Program-made: the position numbers and the translations under genes | Shown here: piece after piece, positions 49,541-63,242 of the stretch | How the letters are laid out: every line of letters begins with the position of its first letter | Numbering within the stretch: the stretch's first letter is position 1 | Notes under the pieces: generated by a model | Databases searched by the model: none | Told to the model about the DNA's origin: nothing | Seen by the model: only the letters and a program-made list of their open reading frames with translations | Source: Lama guanicoe | Taxonomy: Eukaryota | Assembly (NCBI GenBank): GCA_013239625.1 | Contig: MU053994.1 | Location: 4,507,434-4,571,433, forward strand | Length of the DNA stretch: 64,000 bases | Reading direction: 5' to 3'

Positions 49541-51509
49541 CTTTCTCTTCTGAATCCTAGGACATGCTTAGGAGTCTCACAGAATTTTGACACTCTCATT
49601 CTCCTCTCCTATAAGGTGTTGGGAACCTCTTGGTGTTGCACAAGTAGGGCAGGAGTGGGGCTGTGTGTGGGGAAGGCAGTTATCATAGACTGTGATGTGA
49701 ATGGTACCCTTGGAATACAGAATTGTACTCTATGGGAATAGAGCCCCTGAAGTTACACAAGGGCAAGAAAATGGGTTTCACCTCCATGGTTACCATTGCT
49801 TTTAATTCCTTAAACTATCCTCGTTCTATACTCCCATTTTAGGCAGAGTCTTCCTTCTCTTGAAGTTGTCTGTCTTTATTCTGCTTTCTCTAGTCTAATT
49901 AGCCTGGCTCAAGCTAATGTTTTTCCTCCAAATATTCACCTCTTCATTTTTCATAATCTATTACACTGTTTTGCAAACATCTTAAAACTCTCAAAGCCAC
50001 CACTTCCCTAGTAACTTTTTACTCTGTTGGAATCACAGTCATTCTGGGTGCTTTTTTCTAAAATCTGCATGCCTTCATTTTATTGACATCTTGCTAGTAC
50101 TGGAATTTCCACCAGTAAATGAAATGTTTTTAACGCAAAATAGAGCATGTAATGTATCCCATGAATTATTTATAGGATATACAATGTGCATCCAGGAAGA
50201 ACTTATATTATCCACAGTTTCAGTAAACGTAGTAACCAAAAGACAGAGTATAAAAAGAAGGCTAAATTCAGAGTACAAGAGGCTTGCTTTTATATTTGAT
50301 GAGCTAAAAGTCAAGGTGGGGCAGTACCAAAACACAGTTTTGGGCTCCTTAGCCACCTTTGAAGTGGATTCATCAACTGAGCTCTAAGCATAATGGTACA
50401 ACAGAGAACTCGAGAGATAAACACATACATGCGCTCACAGCACAAATGAGCGCACATAAAAATAGGCGAATATATATGTAACTTTTTTAAAAGAGAGCTT
50501 TGGTCTGCTTCCTAAATAACAGTGCAAGGATCAGAGATACAGTTTTCTTCCCCTCACATGACTCCATTTTCATGTGATTTCTACATTATGTTTCCTATTT
50601 CTACATTTTTGTGGCCTTACACATGCCTGTTGACCTTGAAGGAAGCTCTAAGTCGGCTCAGAGGGAAACAAGGAGAAATGGACCGTCTGGCCTTTCTCTC
50701 CAGCCCTGTAAGTTCCTGCTACCTGATCTTTTTATGCTTTTGCTCCCCCCTAGTCTCCCTCAGGATACGGGCTTTTCCAGCTTCTCCCGCCCACAGAATA
50801 TTTGTGTTTCAGATTACTTTACCTGGGTATAACACTTCTGTTTTCCCCTGGTTGGATTTAATTTTATTTCCTGCCCTGATTTTAACCTGCCCAAGTCCGA
50901 CATAATGATTTCTCAGTCCTTGCCGGTCAAGGCAACACCTCCCAATTTAGTATCTTCTGTGCATTTAATTCTCTGTCTGTTTACATGGCAAGATATCTCT
51001 TCAATTCAATACGCTGCTGTTTTGTCATTCCCTTTTGGTTGGCTTTCTCTCTCTGCCCTTTCCACTCATTTTGGTCTGTATCACAGGATTTAATTAATTT
51101 TTCAAGGACTATTTCTTGATGCAGTATTCATAACTGTGATTAGCAGGGAGCTGGACTGGGATGGCATTTGTCAAAGTTACAAACTCACAACTAATTCTGC
51201 TTCACTTCGGCAGTTTTGCACATCACTGACTGATAATAAGATTGCTTGTGCAAAATCCTCGCATTCTAGAACAATAAATGGGAAATCTTGATGAAAGAAA
51301 GTAAGAACACAGTGCAAATTAAATCACAATACCTAATTGGCCTCATAACCTCAAGATGAATGTGGTACAAAACACCATTCCCACCTTATACTAGAAAGCA
51401 ACTAAATAACAATAAACAAAAAAATAATAACAGTAATGATGATAAAAGGTGGGACAAATTAAGGGAACATTTATCTCAGCATAGCCTGCTGCTGATTATT
51501 TTAGTCATT

Positions 51510-52130
51510 TTTAAAAACTTTTTATTGAAATACAATTTGCATATAGAAAAGCACACATATTATAAGCATGTTGCTCAATGAATTTCCTAAACTAAATCTG
51601 CCCAGGTAGTTAGCACCAAGATCAAGGAACAGAACTTAACGGCACACGAGAAGCTCTCCACTCATGATCTCTTCCAATGGGAAACCACTACACTGACTTC
51701 TAATAATAAGATTAGTTTTTCCTGTCTTAAGATTTCATATAAATGCAATCATACAGCATATATTTTACATCTGGTTTCTTTCATGTAACATTATGGTTGT
51801 GAAATTCATCCATGCTGTTACATGAAGTTGTAAATTTTTCATTCTTGTTACTTCATATAATTCAATTCAATTGACTGACTATACCACAAGTTATTTATTC
51901 ATTACACTATTGATGGGCATTTAAGTAGGTTGCATTGTTTGGCTATTCTTAATAGTGCTGCTCTGAGAATCCTGGAATGGGTCTTTGGTAAACACATGTG
52001 TGCATCACTGTTGGGTATAGAACTGGGACTTGAATTGCTGGTTTACAGGGCACACGCATGTTTACATTTACTAGAGACAGCCCAACAATATTCCAAAGTG
52101 ACAGAACCAATATATTCTTCCAGCAACAAT
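51510..52130 (-). mobile_element. Ancient L1 3' end
   Basis: ctttttattgaaatacaatttgcatatagaaaagcacac...gtgaaattcatccatgctgtt...tgatgggcatttaag. Confidence 0.85.
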
Positions 52131-54714
52131 GTATTGTATTATTTATATATTTCTTAAATACCCTCCTCACCTGGCCAACTTTCTTTTAAAAAAAGAAAGC
52201 ATCACATTCAATCTTGTTCTTTAACCAGTGGATTCAATGACAGACAGTCATAAAATATCAGATGGAAATTTTCCCTATGTTTATATAATTCTCTTCCGCT
52301 GCTCAAGGGAATGTGAGTCTGCTCTTTAGATCACAAAGTGACCCGTGACAGCACCTCTCATGCAATAGGCGCTTAGAAATATTTGTTGAATCAATGAACT
52401 CAGAAGAGAAGAATCAGGAAGATTTTATGACTCAACTGCTAAGATTTATTTAAGTATACAGATAAATCTAATAAAAAATGAACATAGGAAGAAATAATTC
52501 AATACACACTTTTGTGTGATTTTTAAAGGCCAATCAATCATTTGTGGGGAAGGAGGTTGTGATGCTAGAATGAACTTGTTAATGCAGTCAGAGAAGATAA
52601 AGATTCAGACTAAAAATGACTAAGTTGATGTTAATGTCATTATTGACTATAAAATAATAATGTTGCAAATAATTTTTAGAAGATGACCAGTGGGTGAATG
52701 TGAATCCCTGCAAGCCCGGTCTGTGCCAAATTAAATTTGTTTTAGCCCTTATACTGTTTAGCATAAGTAGTAGATACAATGTGATTATTTGTTAAATAAA
52801 TGACTGAAAAATAAAACCAAACAAAACAATGAGCAGGAAAGTCTCAGTAGTCAATTGCATCTAATTAGCTCCTTTTATTTAAACTACTGAAAGTGATTGT
52901 CATGGGAACGAATAGCAGGCTTAGTCAAAAAACAGGAGCTGAGGAGAAAAGAGTTCATTACATGATGAGAAGCAAACCTGTTTGCAGGCTGTGCTTAGAG
53001 TAATATTTTACTTTTAACCCTTTCAGCACTGCCATTTCCCAAATAGTTCCTTGGGGATCAACAATTAAAATAAATAGAATATGTTGATTTCTAATCATTT
53101 CTCCTCTGAGATATTATGAACTTTTTACACATGCAGGCACAGCATTATATTTTAAAATGTTTTCCAAGAGCTTTTGTCGTTTTTTTTTTTTTGCTTATTG
53201 TTCTTAAGGTCTAGATTAAGCTAAGTTAAATTATGCCTTTTAAAATAATTCAATAACTAGGACATTTTGTAAAAGTCTAATCTCAGAGGATATATCCATA
53301 TTGCATATTTTCTGGTGATAACCAACAACCAGTTCGTTTTAAAGAATAGATTGTTGCCCTAATGTTTTAAACGGAATCCTCCAGGTAATCTAATGGTTGT
53401 ACAACATTTAGACACTATGCATAGGCTATGACCATAAGCAACAACAAAAATGAAAGAAGACTCTGATTTATGTTTAATGCTTCCAAAGCAGAAATGGACA
53501 TTTTAATATCTGAGAATGTCTAAGGACTACTTCAGGATCTCTGCTCTTTTCTATTCACTGTCAAGAAGATAATGGAAGTTGGTTTGGTGGTGGGGAGTGG
53601 GGGTGAGGGGAGTTGGGCATTTTTCTTTTCCTTCCTAAATTCAGAATGTACCTAAAATTTTCTAGATATCAGATATACTGATGAGCCATGAAACCAGCTG
53701 CATTCAGGGATGCAATTTAATGAGGGGATTCCAAATCGAACCTCTGCTCCAAGAGATGTGTGATCACATTTCCTCAAAGGGGAATTGTACAGCCAACTCC
53801 TAATTATGCAAGAACTCACTGACTAGTGTGTAGATTGATGAGACCACTTGATTTTCTTTTACCCTTCTGCTTTCTGACCTTGGGACATTTCCTTATTCAC
53901 GTCAGCTTCAGAGGATGTGAAGGAAGGAAAAGGAAGGTGTGACCCTAATAAATCCTAATTTAGGTTAAGAAGTTTAAGAAACATAGGAGAAGAAAAACAT
54001 GAACGCTCATAATAATTTTCCATATTATCCCTGGGTTTTAAATATTTTTAGCATAACATGGTGACTAAGGGTATGAGAGGATAACTCAAATTTTTGGAAA
54101 TGCTCAAAAGTTGGATTATTCAGTGACTGTATTAGAGCCTTGAGGCAAGGGAACAAACCAGTGGATAGGAGTTGGGTTTTACTGGGAGGAACTGGATGCT
54201 TCCATCCACAACCGTTTTGGAGAATGGATAATTTAGCTGTGCTGGGAAAGAGCTATTTTCATGGCTCTGTGGTGAGGATTCAGTGATTTGGCCAAGCAGG
54301 GATTAAATTGTCAGCCACGGTAGAATGCATTAGAAATATTAAGGAGGAAAATACAGAAAGAGGAAAGTGAGGAGAAAATCTGCCAATCATTTAGAGCTTA
54401 GGGCTCCCAGGCTTCTGTTTCAGGAATCTTAGTACTAGTTTCCTGTTCACTGTGAAACCTTGGGAAAGTCACTGATTTCTTTAAGCCACAAATTCCTTGT
54501 CTTTCAAATAAGGATAATTTCTTCCAAATGTAACATATATCTTTTTTTATAACGAACAGGTGAGATTTGTACAAAAAGTTTTTGAAAATTACTTTTAAAA
54601 CATATAAAATAGAACAAAGCTCCCTTTGGTGGTGGAAATTTAATTGAATTGTTCCAACTTGAGAATTCTGTGAAACCAGAACAGGCATCCAGGTGAATTT
54701 GCATTGCTGGGAAC

Positions 54715-54890
54715 ATTAAATTTATTATATCATTTAATCCCTCACCAACCCTGGGAGATGGTTTTTCTCCCCCTCTATTTTACAGCTGAGGCTCAGAGTG
54801 ATTAAGGAATTTGTCCAAATTCACACAGCTAGGAAGAGTATGAGACAAGACTTGATCCAATGTGTATTTGCTCTAACACTCAGACTTTAT
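54715..54890. mobile_element. MIR SINE
   Basis: ctattttacagctgaggctcagagtgattaaggaatttgtccaaattcacacagctagga. Confidence 0.8.
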
Positions 54891-55509
54891 TAAGCCCACC
54901 AGAGCATCTCTAAATTGTCCTCGGAAGAGTTCATCAGTGTCACAGGAGAGGAAATGGGAAGCCCAAAGGATTCAGTTTGTGTCAACTGCGAGTCCCAAGT
55001 TTCATGGATGACTCATCTTTTTTGTTTTGTTTTGTTTTTCTTTAAAATTTGAGGAAATGTTGCAAAACTATTTCATAAATTGTTTGTTTTAATATTAAAT
55101 AATATCTTTAGTTATTCTCCATTCAGTATAACTAGGATTCTAAAACAATGAGCTATATTTATTTTACAGTTTTAGATGCTCTTTGTTAATATTGTCAGCT
55201 ACTCATTAAAGATGTTCTGACCAAAGATTAATACTCCCAAAGAAAGAGGGGAGACTAGGACGTTTTTGCTTGTTACAGGCTGCTAATTTTAATGATTTTG
55301 CCTTGGGGCAGTAGTTTTTTTTTATTAAAAGTCTTCACTTTTCAGGAGAGATTTGGGTGGAGCCACTGAAATATGTTTTGGCAGCCCCTGGAATTTGTCT
55401 CATGTTCTTTAGAGAAGAGACTTATGAAGTTCAAACAGCTAGACTGCAGTATAGGAGCCTAATAAAGGCTGCAGACATTGGAAGGCCGTTTGTTTTCCTG
55501 ACTCCCCTT

Positions 55510-57055
55510 CTCTGAGAAGGCAGGAATATCAGTGAAGATGGTGAGAAAATTGTGTATTCTAAATTGTATAAATGAGTAAATATTACTGGGCATAATAAGA
55601 GCAAGGATTCTCACTGTAGAGAAAGGGGATACACACATGGGAATGGAAAGTCTTGAATAAAACTTGTGGTGTTGATGGGAATTGGAAGTGTTGGTATGAT
55701 CTACCCATGGTTGTGTGTGTGTGCGTATGTACACATGTGCGCATGTATAACAAGAGATGTATAGGGTATGTATAAGTGTATATATGTATGTATACACACA
55801 TGCAAACACATCTATCCTATCTCTGTTCACTGAAAAGGTGTAGAAGCAATGATACTTCAGTAGCAATGAGCATACTTATCACAGATCTTGGCTTCAATAA
55901 CTATTCTCCACTAAAAGAACCAGGGCCCCTTGGTAAAATGGCTGATTTCAGAGCATGTCAAAACTTGAAGGAGTTCCCACTGGCCAAATCTGGGAAAATT
56001 TGAACATAAAAATAAGTAAATAATGATAGTAACACATTATAAGCCAGTGAATATAATAGTAATCCATAAATCCACACATATATGAATATATAAATAATAA
56101 ATGGGGAGAAGAAAAAGTTGTTTATTACAATATAATGTCAACTAATAATGTCAAAGAAGTAATGGAGTTAGAAAATCACCATTTGAAAATCATCAAAGTA
56201 ATAATCAATCCAGGCTAGCATCAACAATAGCTGCTAAAAACTAGTACGTAAACTAGTGGGTGAAAGTGTGATTTGGAACAAGATATTTACATAGTCTCAA
56301 AGTATCTTCCCACAAATTATTTATCAATTACAAGAGGAAATTTTTACCGCGGAAAACCTAGTGAACACCACCTTAACCAAGTGATAAAAGTTAACATCTC
56401 TAATAATGATTTAAAGGGTATCATGGCTCTTTGTTTGATGCACTGAGAAGACATAACCTGGTTTCTGTAGTACTTAATGCCAAAACTGCATCATCTAAAT
56501 TTAATCTCGAGGAAACATCAGGAAACCCTAATTGAAGAGCATTTTACAAAATAATTGGTTTTTCTCTTTAAAAACATCAAGGTCACGGAAGAAAAAAAAA
56601 AAAGACTGGGAACTATTCCAGACTAGAGACTAAAGAGATTAAATTCTATAGGTGGTTCATGATTGGATCTTGGACTAGGATAAAAATTATGTACCTCAGT
56701 AAAGGATATTATTGGAAAATCTGATCAAATTTTAATACAAACTGGATTAAATAATAGTATATTATTAATGTAAATTTCCTGATTTTATTCATTGTACTAT
56801 TGTTATGTAAGAAAATGTCTTTATCCTTAGTACCAAAAAAAAATTGAACTATTTACATAATGAAGTACTTAGGGGTCAAGGGGAATGATGTCTGCAGCTT
56901 ACTCTCCAATGTTTTAGGAAAAATGTCAGAGAGAGGGAGAGAGAGAGAGAGAGAGAAAGAGAATAGATCAGACAGTAAATATTTAGTAAATTCAAGTAAA
57001 AGACATAAGAGTTATTTGTATTAGTTTTGTAACTTTAAATTTGAAATTACGGCAA
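55510..57055 (+). mobile_element. L1MC/L1MD-type long 3'UTR, with a (GA)n tract near 56930
   Basis: gaagcaatgatacttcagtagcaatgagc...ctccactaaaagaaccaggg; caccaccttaaccaagtgataaaagttaacatc. Confidence 0.8.
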
Positions 57056-57844
57056 AATGTAAAATGTAAAAGCTACAAAATCTTAATAAATTCCAATCTT
57101 ATCCTCAATTTCCCCAAATGGATAGGTTTTACCTAATACCCTACAGCAAGTGGGAAGAGAGAGCATTTCTAATTTTAAATATCTTTCTACATTTGCTGTA
57201 GGTCATTCATAATATTAATTATTCTTTCTTTTGACGTTGTCTTCATTTAAATACTTCTCCAATGTGTGTATGTGTGTGTGTCTGTGTGCGTGTTTTAATT
57301 TTCTGAGTATGTGCACACTTTTCTCACTTTCTTCACTTGAGTATTTTCAGTGTCACATGGAAAACTGTGAAGCCTGAAGCTGTATCTACTGGAGGTACAC
57401 TTCCCTCATTCTCTGGTATGTGCAAAGCCTAAACAGCTCAGGGTCTGTTTTTATTTTAAGATCAAGTAGCAGTCTATGTTAGAGAGAGCACTCTGGATTT
57501 TGTAGTCAAATTAATCTAATTCAAAGCCCCTCTCTGCCATTAACTAATTTAAATCTCAGTTTCTAAAAGTAACGCGCAGGATTATTGTGATAATCAGTTC
57601 CCAATTATTTAAAACGCCTGGCACTCAGTCAGTAATCAACAAATGGAGAATATTTTAACTTTAATTCCATTCTGCTGTTTTGGAGCATTATACCTAGTAT
57701 AAGCATTCCTGTAGTTTCCATGCCTCCATGCAACGGGATATGTCATATTGTGTCAACTGCAAGACAGCTAGCAAACTCAAACTCTTTTAGAGTAAACTGG
57801 CAGTAATCTCAAAGATTATCTGATTCAACCTCCAAATCTGAAAA

Positions 57845-58030
57845 TTTTTATTGACGTATAGTTGATTTAAAATATTGTATTAATTTCAGGTATACAGCAG
57901 AGTAAATTTTTTGCAGATTACATTCTGCTATAGGTTATAATAAGATTTAGGGTATAATTCCCTGTGCTATATACATGATATCACTTATATTTGGAATCTA
58001 AAAAGAAATCATACAAATGAATCTATATAT
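57845..58030 (-). mobile_element. Short L1 insertion with an inverted 5' segment
   Basis: Antisense 3' end (tttttattgacgtatagttg...ccctgtgctata) joined at ~57972 to a sense piece (catgatatcacttatatttggaatctaaaaag...aaatgaatctata). Flanked by aatctga at 57835-57841 and 58032-58038. Confidence 0.75.
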
Positions 58031-58059
58031 GAATCTGATTTTTAAAACAATTTTCATTT

Positions 58060-59150
58060 ATGCTTTCAGATAGCTTTTAAAAAGTTAAATAGATCTATGA
58101 GGCTTATAAAAAAACAAGTAAATAAACAGAAGTCCCCTACTCTCCTTCCTATATTATTCCCCAGAGGCCTTTTAGCTATTTATTCTGATGTTAACAACCA
58201 TATTTCTAAATATATATATATGTTTACACTGTTTGTTTGGATTTGTCTGTTTTAGATATAGTTCCATTGTTTTCCAACTTTTAACGTTGCAAAGAAGTCA
58301 AATGTTATCCTTATTTCAAACACTTTATCGGTGATCTAATTGTTTTTTTCTGAAATCATTTAGGATCTTTTCTTTATCTCTGGAGTTCTGAGGTTCAAAT
58401 AAAGTACATTGGGATAGACTTTTTTTCATTCATTGATTCTTGCAGGGCTCTTGCAGTTTGGAGACTCAAGTCAATCAACTGGGGAATGTTTTTGCATTAT
58501 TTCTCATAGAACAAAGAAAATAATTCTGGGAAGAAAATGATCACTTTCTAAAACTTTTATTTGCCTATTATATCTCTTATTTAAAAAAAATCCTTTTGTC
58601 TTTATTGTACATCTTTTTTGCCTTTTGGTTCCAATTTCTAGGATAGTTCCGTGACTGAATATTCCAACATTTCAATCGAATTTATTTTTAATCATACTTT
58701 TAATTTCCAAAAACTCAAACTCTGATGATACAGGTTAAATTCTTCTGTTCTCTGAATTCTCTCAGTTTTTTGGTCTCTTTTTTTGTGTGTGTTAATATCT
58801 TTCCCCAAATATTTGGTGATTTTGGGTGGCCCACTTATATTTAAAGATGAGATAATAAAAAGTTGATCTGAAATTTTGTTCATGGGAGGGCCTTGTTGAC
58901 CAACGGACTTCACAATTAAATAATCAAATGGTCAAGCATATTTTTCATTGAAAACTCCCAAAATGTCAGTGTATGTGTATGTGTGTGTGTATATATGGAT
59001 CGTCTCCCTAGGGAGTTTTAGTCTCATCAGCAAATAATCTTTCAATCATTTGCCAGGGCAGTCTGAGGCTACCTGCCATTGTTCTGGTGTTGGGTGGGAG
59101 TAGAAGAGTGGAGTTTCCCCTTCACTATGCAGACTTTCATTCAATCTCCT
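58060..59150 (-). mobile_element. Ancient L1 fragments
   Basis: ttaggatcttttctttatctctggagttctga; catacttttaatttccaaaaactc. Confidence 0.6.
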
Positions 59151-59299
59151 TTTATGATCTGTCTGAAGTGCAGCAATGTCTTGCAATGCTGAGAGGTTTC
59201 ACAGGCATTACCTGATGTTCTTTCACCCAGAAGCAGCTGGCTTTATGTAGAGTGTAGTAGACTGCTGAAACTTCAGTTACAGTGCCAGCTAGGGAAGAC

Positions 59300-60130
59300 G
59301 CACCTTCTACCTGTCAATATATGGTGCTCTCTTCTTTATAATTAAGGGCGTGAGTCCAGAAACCAACAGGTATAAATTGGAGAGGCCCCTCTAACTATTA
59401 TATTTAATAACCCACTGGAAGTATTTTTGTTCCAGTTACTACAAACTTTGGCTCAGTGGGTGTGGATGTCCTAGTGGCTGAGAGAGAAATCCTTGCACCA
59501 GAGAACACAGGTACAGTTCCCATAATGGAACCTGAGACTGCTACCTGGCCATTTGAGGGTTCTCATGTAGCTGAATCAACAATCATAGGGTTACTGTACT
59601 GGGCGATTTATTTTGATTATCAGGGGAAATTTGGTTACTGCTACATGATAAGGGTAAGGACTATATAGAAACCTAGGCAATTCCCCAGAACACATTTTGG
59701 TTTACTCAAGAGTTCTGATACTGAAAGACTGCATCATTGCAATAAAAACCAGACATCAAAGACTTGAATCCTTTAGACATTAAAGTTTGGACTACCCCCC
59801 AGGAAAGATAACCATCCAGCTGACATGCCAGCAAAGAATTAGGGCACGTGTAATGTGTGGTAGAAGAAGGTGGATATGATAATCAACTTAACCCTCATAA
59901 CCAGCTACAGAAGTGGGGTCTAACACAACTGTAACTGTGAAACACCCCTTTCCCCACATTGTAGTATACGAACTTTGGTGTTAGCCAGTGTTTCCTATTT
60001 TAGGTAAGAATGTCATCCTCCCATGATACAGTAGTTAATGGGATTTCATACACTCCTCTGTTGGGAAAATGAAGGCTTCATCCTAATGACGTATAAGAGT
60101 GGCTGCTGCAAATCAAAAGGAGTAGACTCT
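59300..60130 (+). mobile_element. ERVL-type internal remnant (ERV3-16A3-like; dUTPase region to PPT)
   Basis: ORF 59456-59668 (GVDVLVAEREILAPENTGTVPI...FDYQGKFG) is a decayed ERVL dUTPase. Includes aaagtttggactacccccca and a purine tract aaaaggagtagac just before the LTR. Confidence 0.75.
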
Positions 60131-60610
60131 GTGAGATGACTTCTGTTTGATGCCTCCCTCACCCGTTTTCTACTATTCTTTAACTTTTTATCATTCATTC
60201 TCAACCCCCTCAACCCCCGCCACCACCACCAGAAGACACTCTTCTCTCCCAGAAGCTGACCTGTATGGATCCCACCAATAGGTTCCTGTTGGGTTTGGTC
60301 AGTGGAGAACCCTGGCAAATAGACTGCAGAGAACACAGGGGTGTGAGACAGGGTGTTTATTCCCTTAGTTCTCTCCTTGAAAGGCTGCTTTGGGCTGGAT
60401 ATTTTCCTCAATTAAAGGTCACTCACTGCTTCCCTTCAGGTGACCAACTCTACACAACATTCTTTCCCCTTCCTCATATGCTTTCAAGCCTAGAATCATG
60501 ACATCTTGGCTGCTACTGACCCTATGTCCCCACATGTAAATAAATCCTTCGTGAATTATCCTGTCTCAAATGTACCATCTCTGTTTCCTGAGAGGACCAG
60601 ATCTGATTCC
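60131..60610 (+). mobile_element. LTR16-like 3' LTR
   Basis: gctgacctgtatgga...gttgggtttggtcagtgg...gggtgtttattcccttagttctctcc, with AATAAA at ~60539. Confidence 0.7.
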
Positions 60611-60639
60611 ATATATACCATGATGAATTTTAGATAAAT

Positions 60640-61135
60640 AGATTTAAACAAATTTCTGTTGTGGGTTATTTAGTTTCTCCCTGACACACATACATATGTT
60701 TAACTTTTTGCTATCGGTAACACTGCAAATATTACACTTTGGCTAAATCTTAGTGGACATTTGTCTTAATTTCCTTAGGATTCATTTTTGAAAGTGAAAT
60801 TGATGGCTCAAAGATAGTTTCAAGTATCTTAATACGAATTTCCATATTGCCCTCCAGTAAACTTGTCACAGCTTATGCTGATTTATATCAGCCATATATG
60901 AGGCAACTTAATTCATTCAACTTTAGTTAAAGCTGGGTATTAATATTTTATAATTTGCAAATTTATGGATGAAACAATTTCATTGTTGGTCTAATTTGCA
61001 TTTCTTTTTATTATTTCTTAAGCTGAACATTTTCAGATGCTCATTTTCCATTTATATATCTTTCTTTTGTAAATTATTTCTATCCTTTGTCCTTTTGTCT
61101 AATTGAGGTTTCACCTTTTTTTCATATGTTAAAAT
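60640..61135 (-). mobile_element. Ancient L1 fragment
   Basis: ttcattgttggtctaatttgcatttctttt...gctgaacattttcagatgctcattttccattta. Confidence 0.7.
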
Positions 61136-61959
61136 ACCTACCCGTTGCCAATATTTATTTCTGATGACAAAAAGAACAAATACAAGAAATAAGGGGCACA
61201 ATGAATTTTTTTCAGTGTAGGGTTTCTGAAGGACTGAATCAGAGATATTTTCCACAGTTATTTTTAGGGTAAATTGTATTCTCTTCTTGAAAAGTACACA
61301 ATGATTATCATTAACATCACCAGGAACTGCATGAATAAGTTATCAACAGAAAAAAAAATCTCTTCAAGTGGATATCAAAACTTACAACAAAGTGTTATTT
61401 AAAATTCTAGGCTTTTAAATGCAGTACGTTTTTATAGGAAATACCATTGCTTTCAATTGCTTTTCCCCAGGCTACATTAACTCTTTGTTTTTATAAAGAG
61501 AAAAAAAAAACTGTTACCAGTAATAAAAAAGAAAAGGCTATTCCTTGGTAGAGACAAATTTGCAATCATGTGTGAAGGAATGTGGAAATAGGCAAAGTCA
61601 GAAAGTAAGAGCCTATTTACATATTATTTCCATGAAGTTCCTTCCCCCATAGGATATTCTTTAAAAAAAAAAAGATGATTTCACTACACATGAGATTTGA
61701 GGTAGCGATAACTCATTCTTTCCATTTTAAAGCAATAATAAACATTAACACATCATTGTTCAGTCTCCATTAGGGCAGTGTTTACCTCCAGACTATTACA
61801 GACAATTGAAAATCCGCTTATACTGCTCCTGGTATTCAAATGCCATTCAGGAATTCCAGTTGCTTCCTGAAGTAGTACCTTCTTATTTCCCTGATGACTC
61901 CATTGACTTAATCAGATCAGTCCCTATCTCTCTCTCTGTTGTTGTTATCATTATTATAA

Positions 61960-62580
61960 TTCCCTATTATTTTACTTCAGGGTGTCTTCTCGTCTCACCC
62001 AAGCCACTGTAGTGGCTGCTTAAACTGATCTGTCTCACTTTTCTCTAATTCACTCTCCTGGATACTGTAAGACCAAGTTCCTAAAATGTTCATCTGGCCA
62101 TTCTCACTCCCCTGAATAGAACCCTTTAATAGCTTCCCATTGTCTACAAAATAACACCCAAGACACTTAAAACGGGGTGTAGTACCCTTTATTACCTAGC
62201 TTCTGCACACTTTCCAGGCTTGTCTTTCTCTTCATCCCATTCTTTAGCTATATGAAGCCTGAGCCTCGGATCATATCTTTTTTAATCCTATCTACCTGGT
62301 GATACTGCTCTCAAAACTCATTTCAGGTATTACTCTTTCTGCAAATCCTTTCCTGGCTTCCCAGGTTAAAAATGATCACTCTCCTCCAGGCATTCATAGT
62401 TAACTGGGTGTATTTAATCTCAGTTCCCTTCTTGCTTAACTGTACAGTTTGTGCCTGTGTTCTAGGCTCCTCTTTGAGAGATGGACCAAATCTCTGTGTA
62501 CAGTATCCAACATAGCACATGGCACACAGTAGGCACTAAATACATCTTTGTTGAGCTGAATAGATAAATGGATCAATAAA
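61960..62580. mobile_element. L2 LINE 3' fragments
   Basis: ccctttaatagcttcccattgtctacaaaataa; tagcacatggcacacagtaggcactaaatacatctttgttgagctgaat. Confidence 0.7.
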
Positions 62581-62718
62581 CAAGCATTCTGGAGACAAAC
62601 TATGGTGGATAAAAGATGTTTGTTTATTAAGAATCCAATGTAAGCTTCTGCCTCCAGTTGCTCATATCAAACTAATTAGGTAGAAATGGCATATGCATAT
62701 AAAAAGAAAAAGCAAGTG

Positions 62719-63242
62719 CATGAGTCAGGGTCCCATCTGAAAACAGATGGCACACTCCAATTAAGATAATTTGAGTAGGCTTGATTTACAAAGGGTTGGA
62801 TAACAAAGGTGTGGACAGGGTGTAGGAAAGCTACAAGGAATAGTGCAGTAACCTATTTGCACTGTTAAAACTATTATAGTTTTAGCTATCTCTAGCCCTA
62901 TGCCTGAAGGGATGGAGAGGTAAGAAGAAAGAAAGGTTATTGGAACCTAGAAGGAGAGAAAATTGCACAGAAGAATCTTAAAAAGAACAGTGACTTTGGG
63001 GCAAGGGACACAGCCAACCCCAAGATGACATCAAAAAGGAAAGTCCAAAGGAAAAAGTTTCCTCTTCATTCTTCTCCTTCCCTTCAATCTGTTGCTGAGG
63101 CTCTCCATTGGTCAGATCCAACTGGAAACCAGAGGCCACTGGAGCCTTCTGGTACATTCCATATAGGCTCCAGGAGTGCAGAGCAAGGTGTAGAAAGGTG
63201 AGGAGTGAGCCAAGAGGGGAAATCAGAAGATAACCAACACAG
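62719..63242 (-). mobile_element. ERVL solo LTR (LTR40/LTR41-like)
   Basis: cagggtcccatctgaaaacagatggcacactccaattaagataatttgag...ctccattggtcagatccaactggaaaccagagg. Confidence 0.55.

Noticed and set aside
54398..54716. Overlapping minus-strand ORFs after a possible acceptor (tttcacag at ~54668)
   Set aside because: AT-rich chance-like composition, no recognisable protein, and adjacent to a MIR. Too weak to report.
55008..55018. Palindromic AP-1 site gatgactcatc and other TGA(C/G)TCA motifs
   Set aside because: Several such heptamers are expected by chance in 64 kb, and there is no supporting context.
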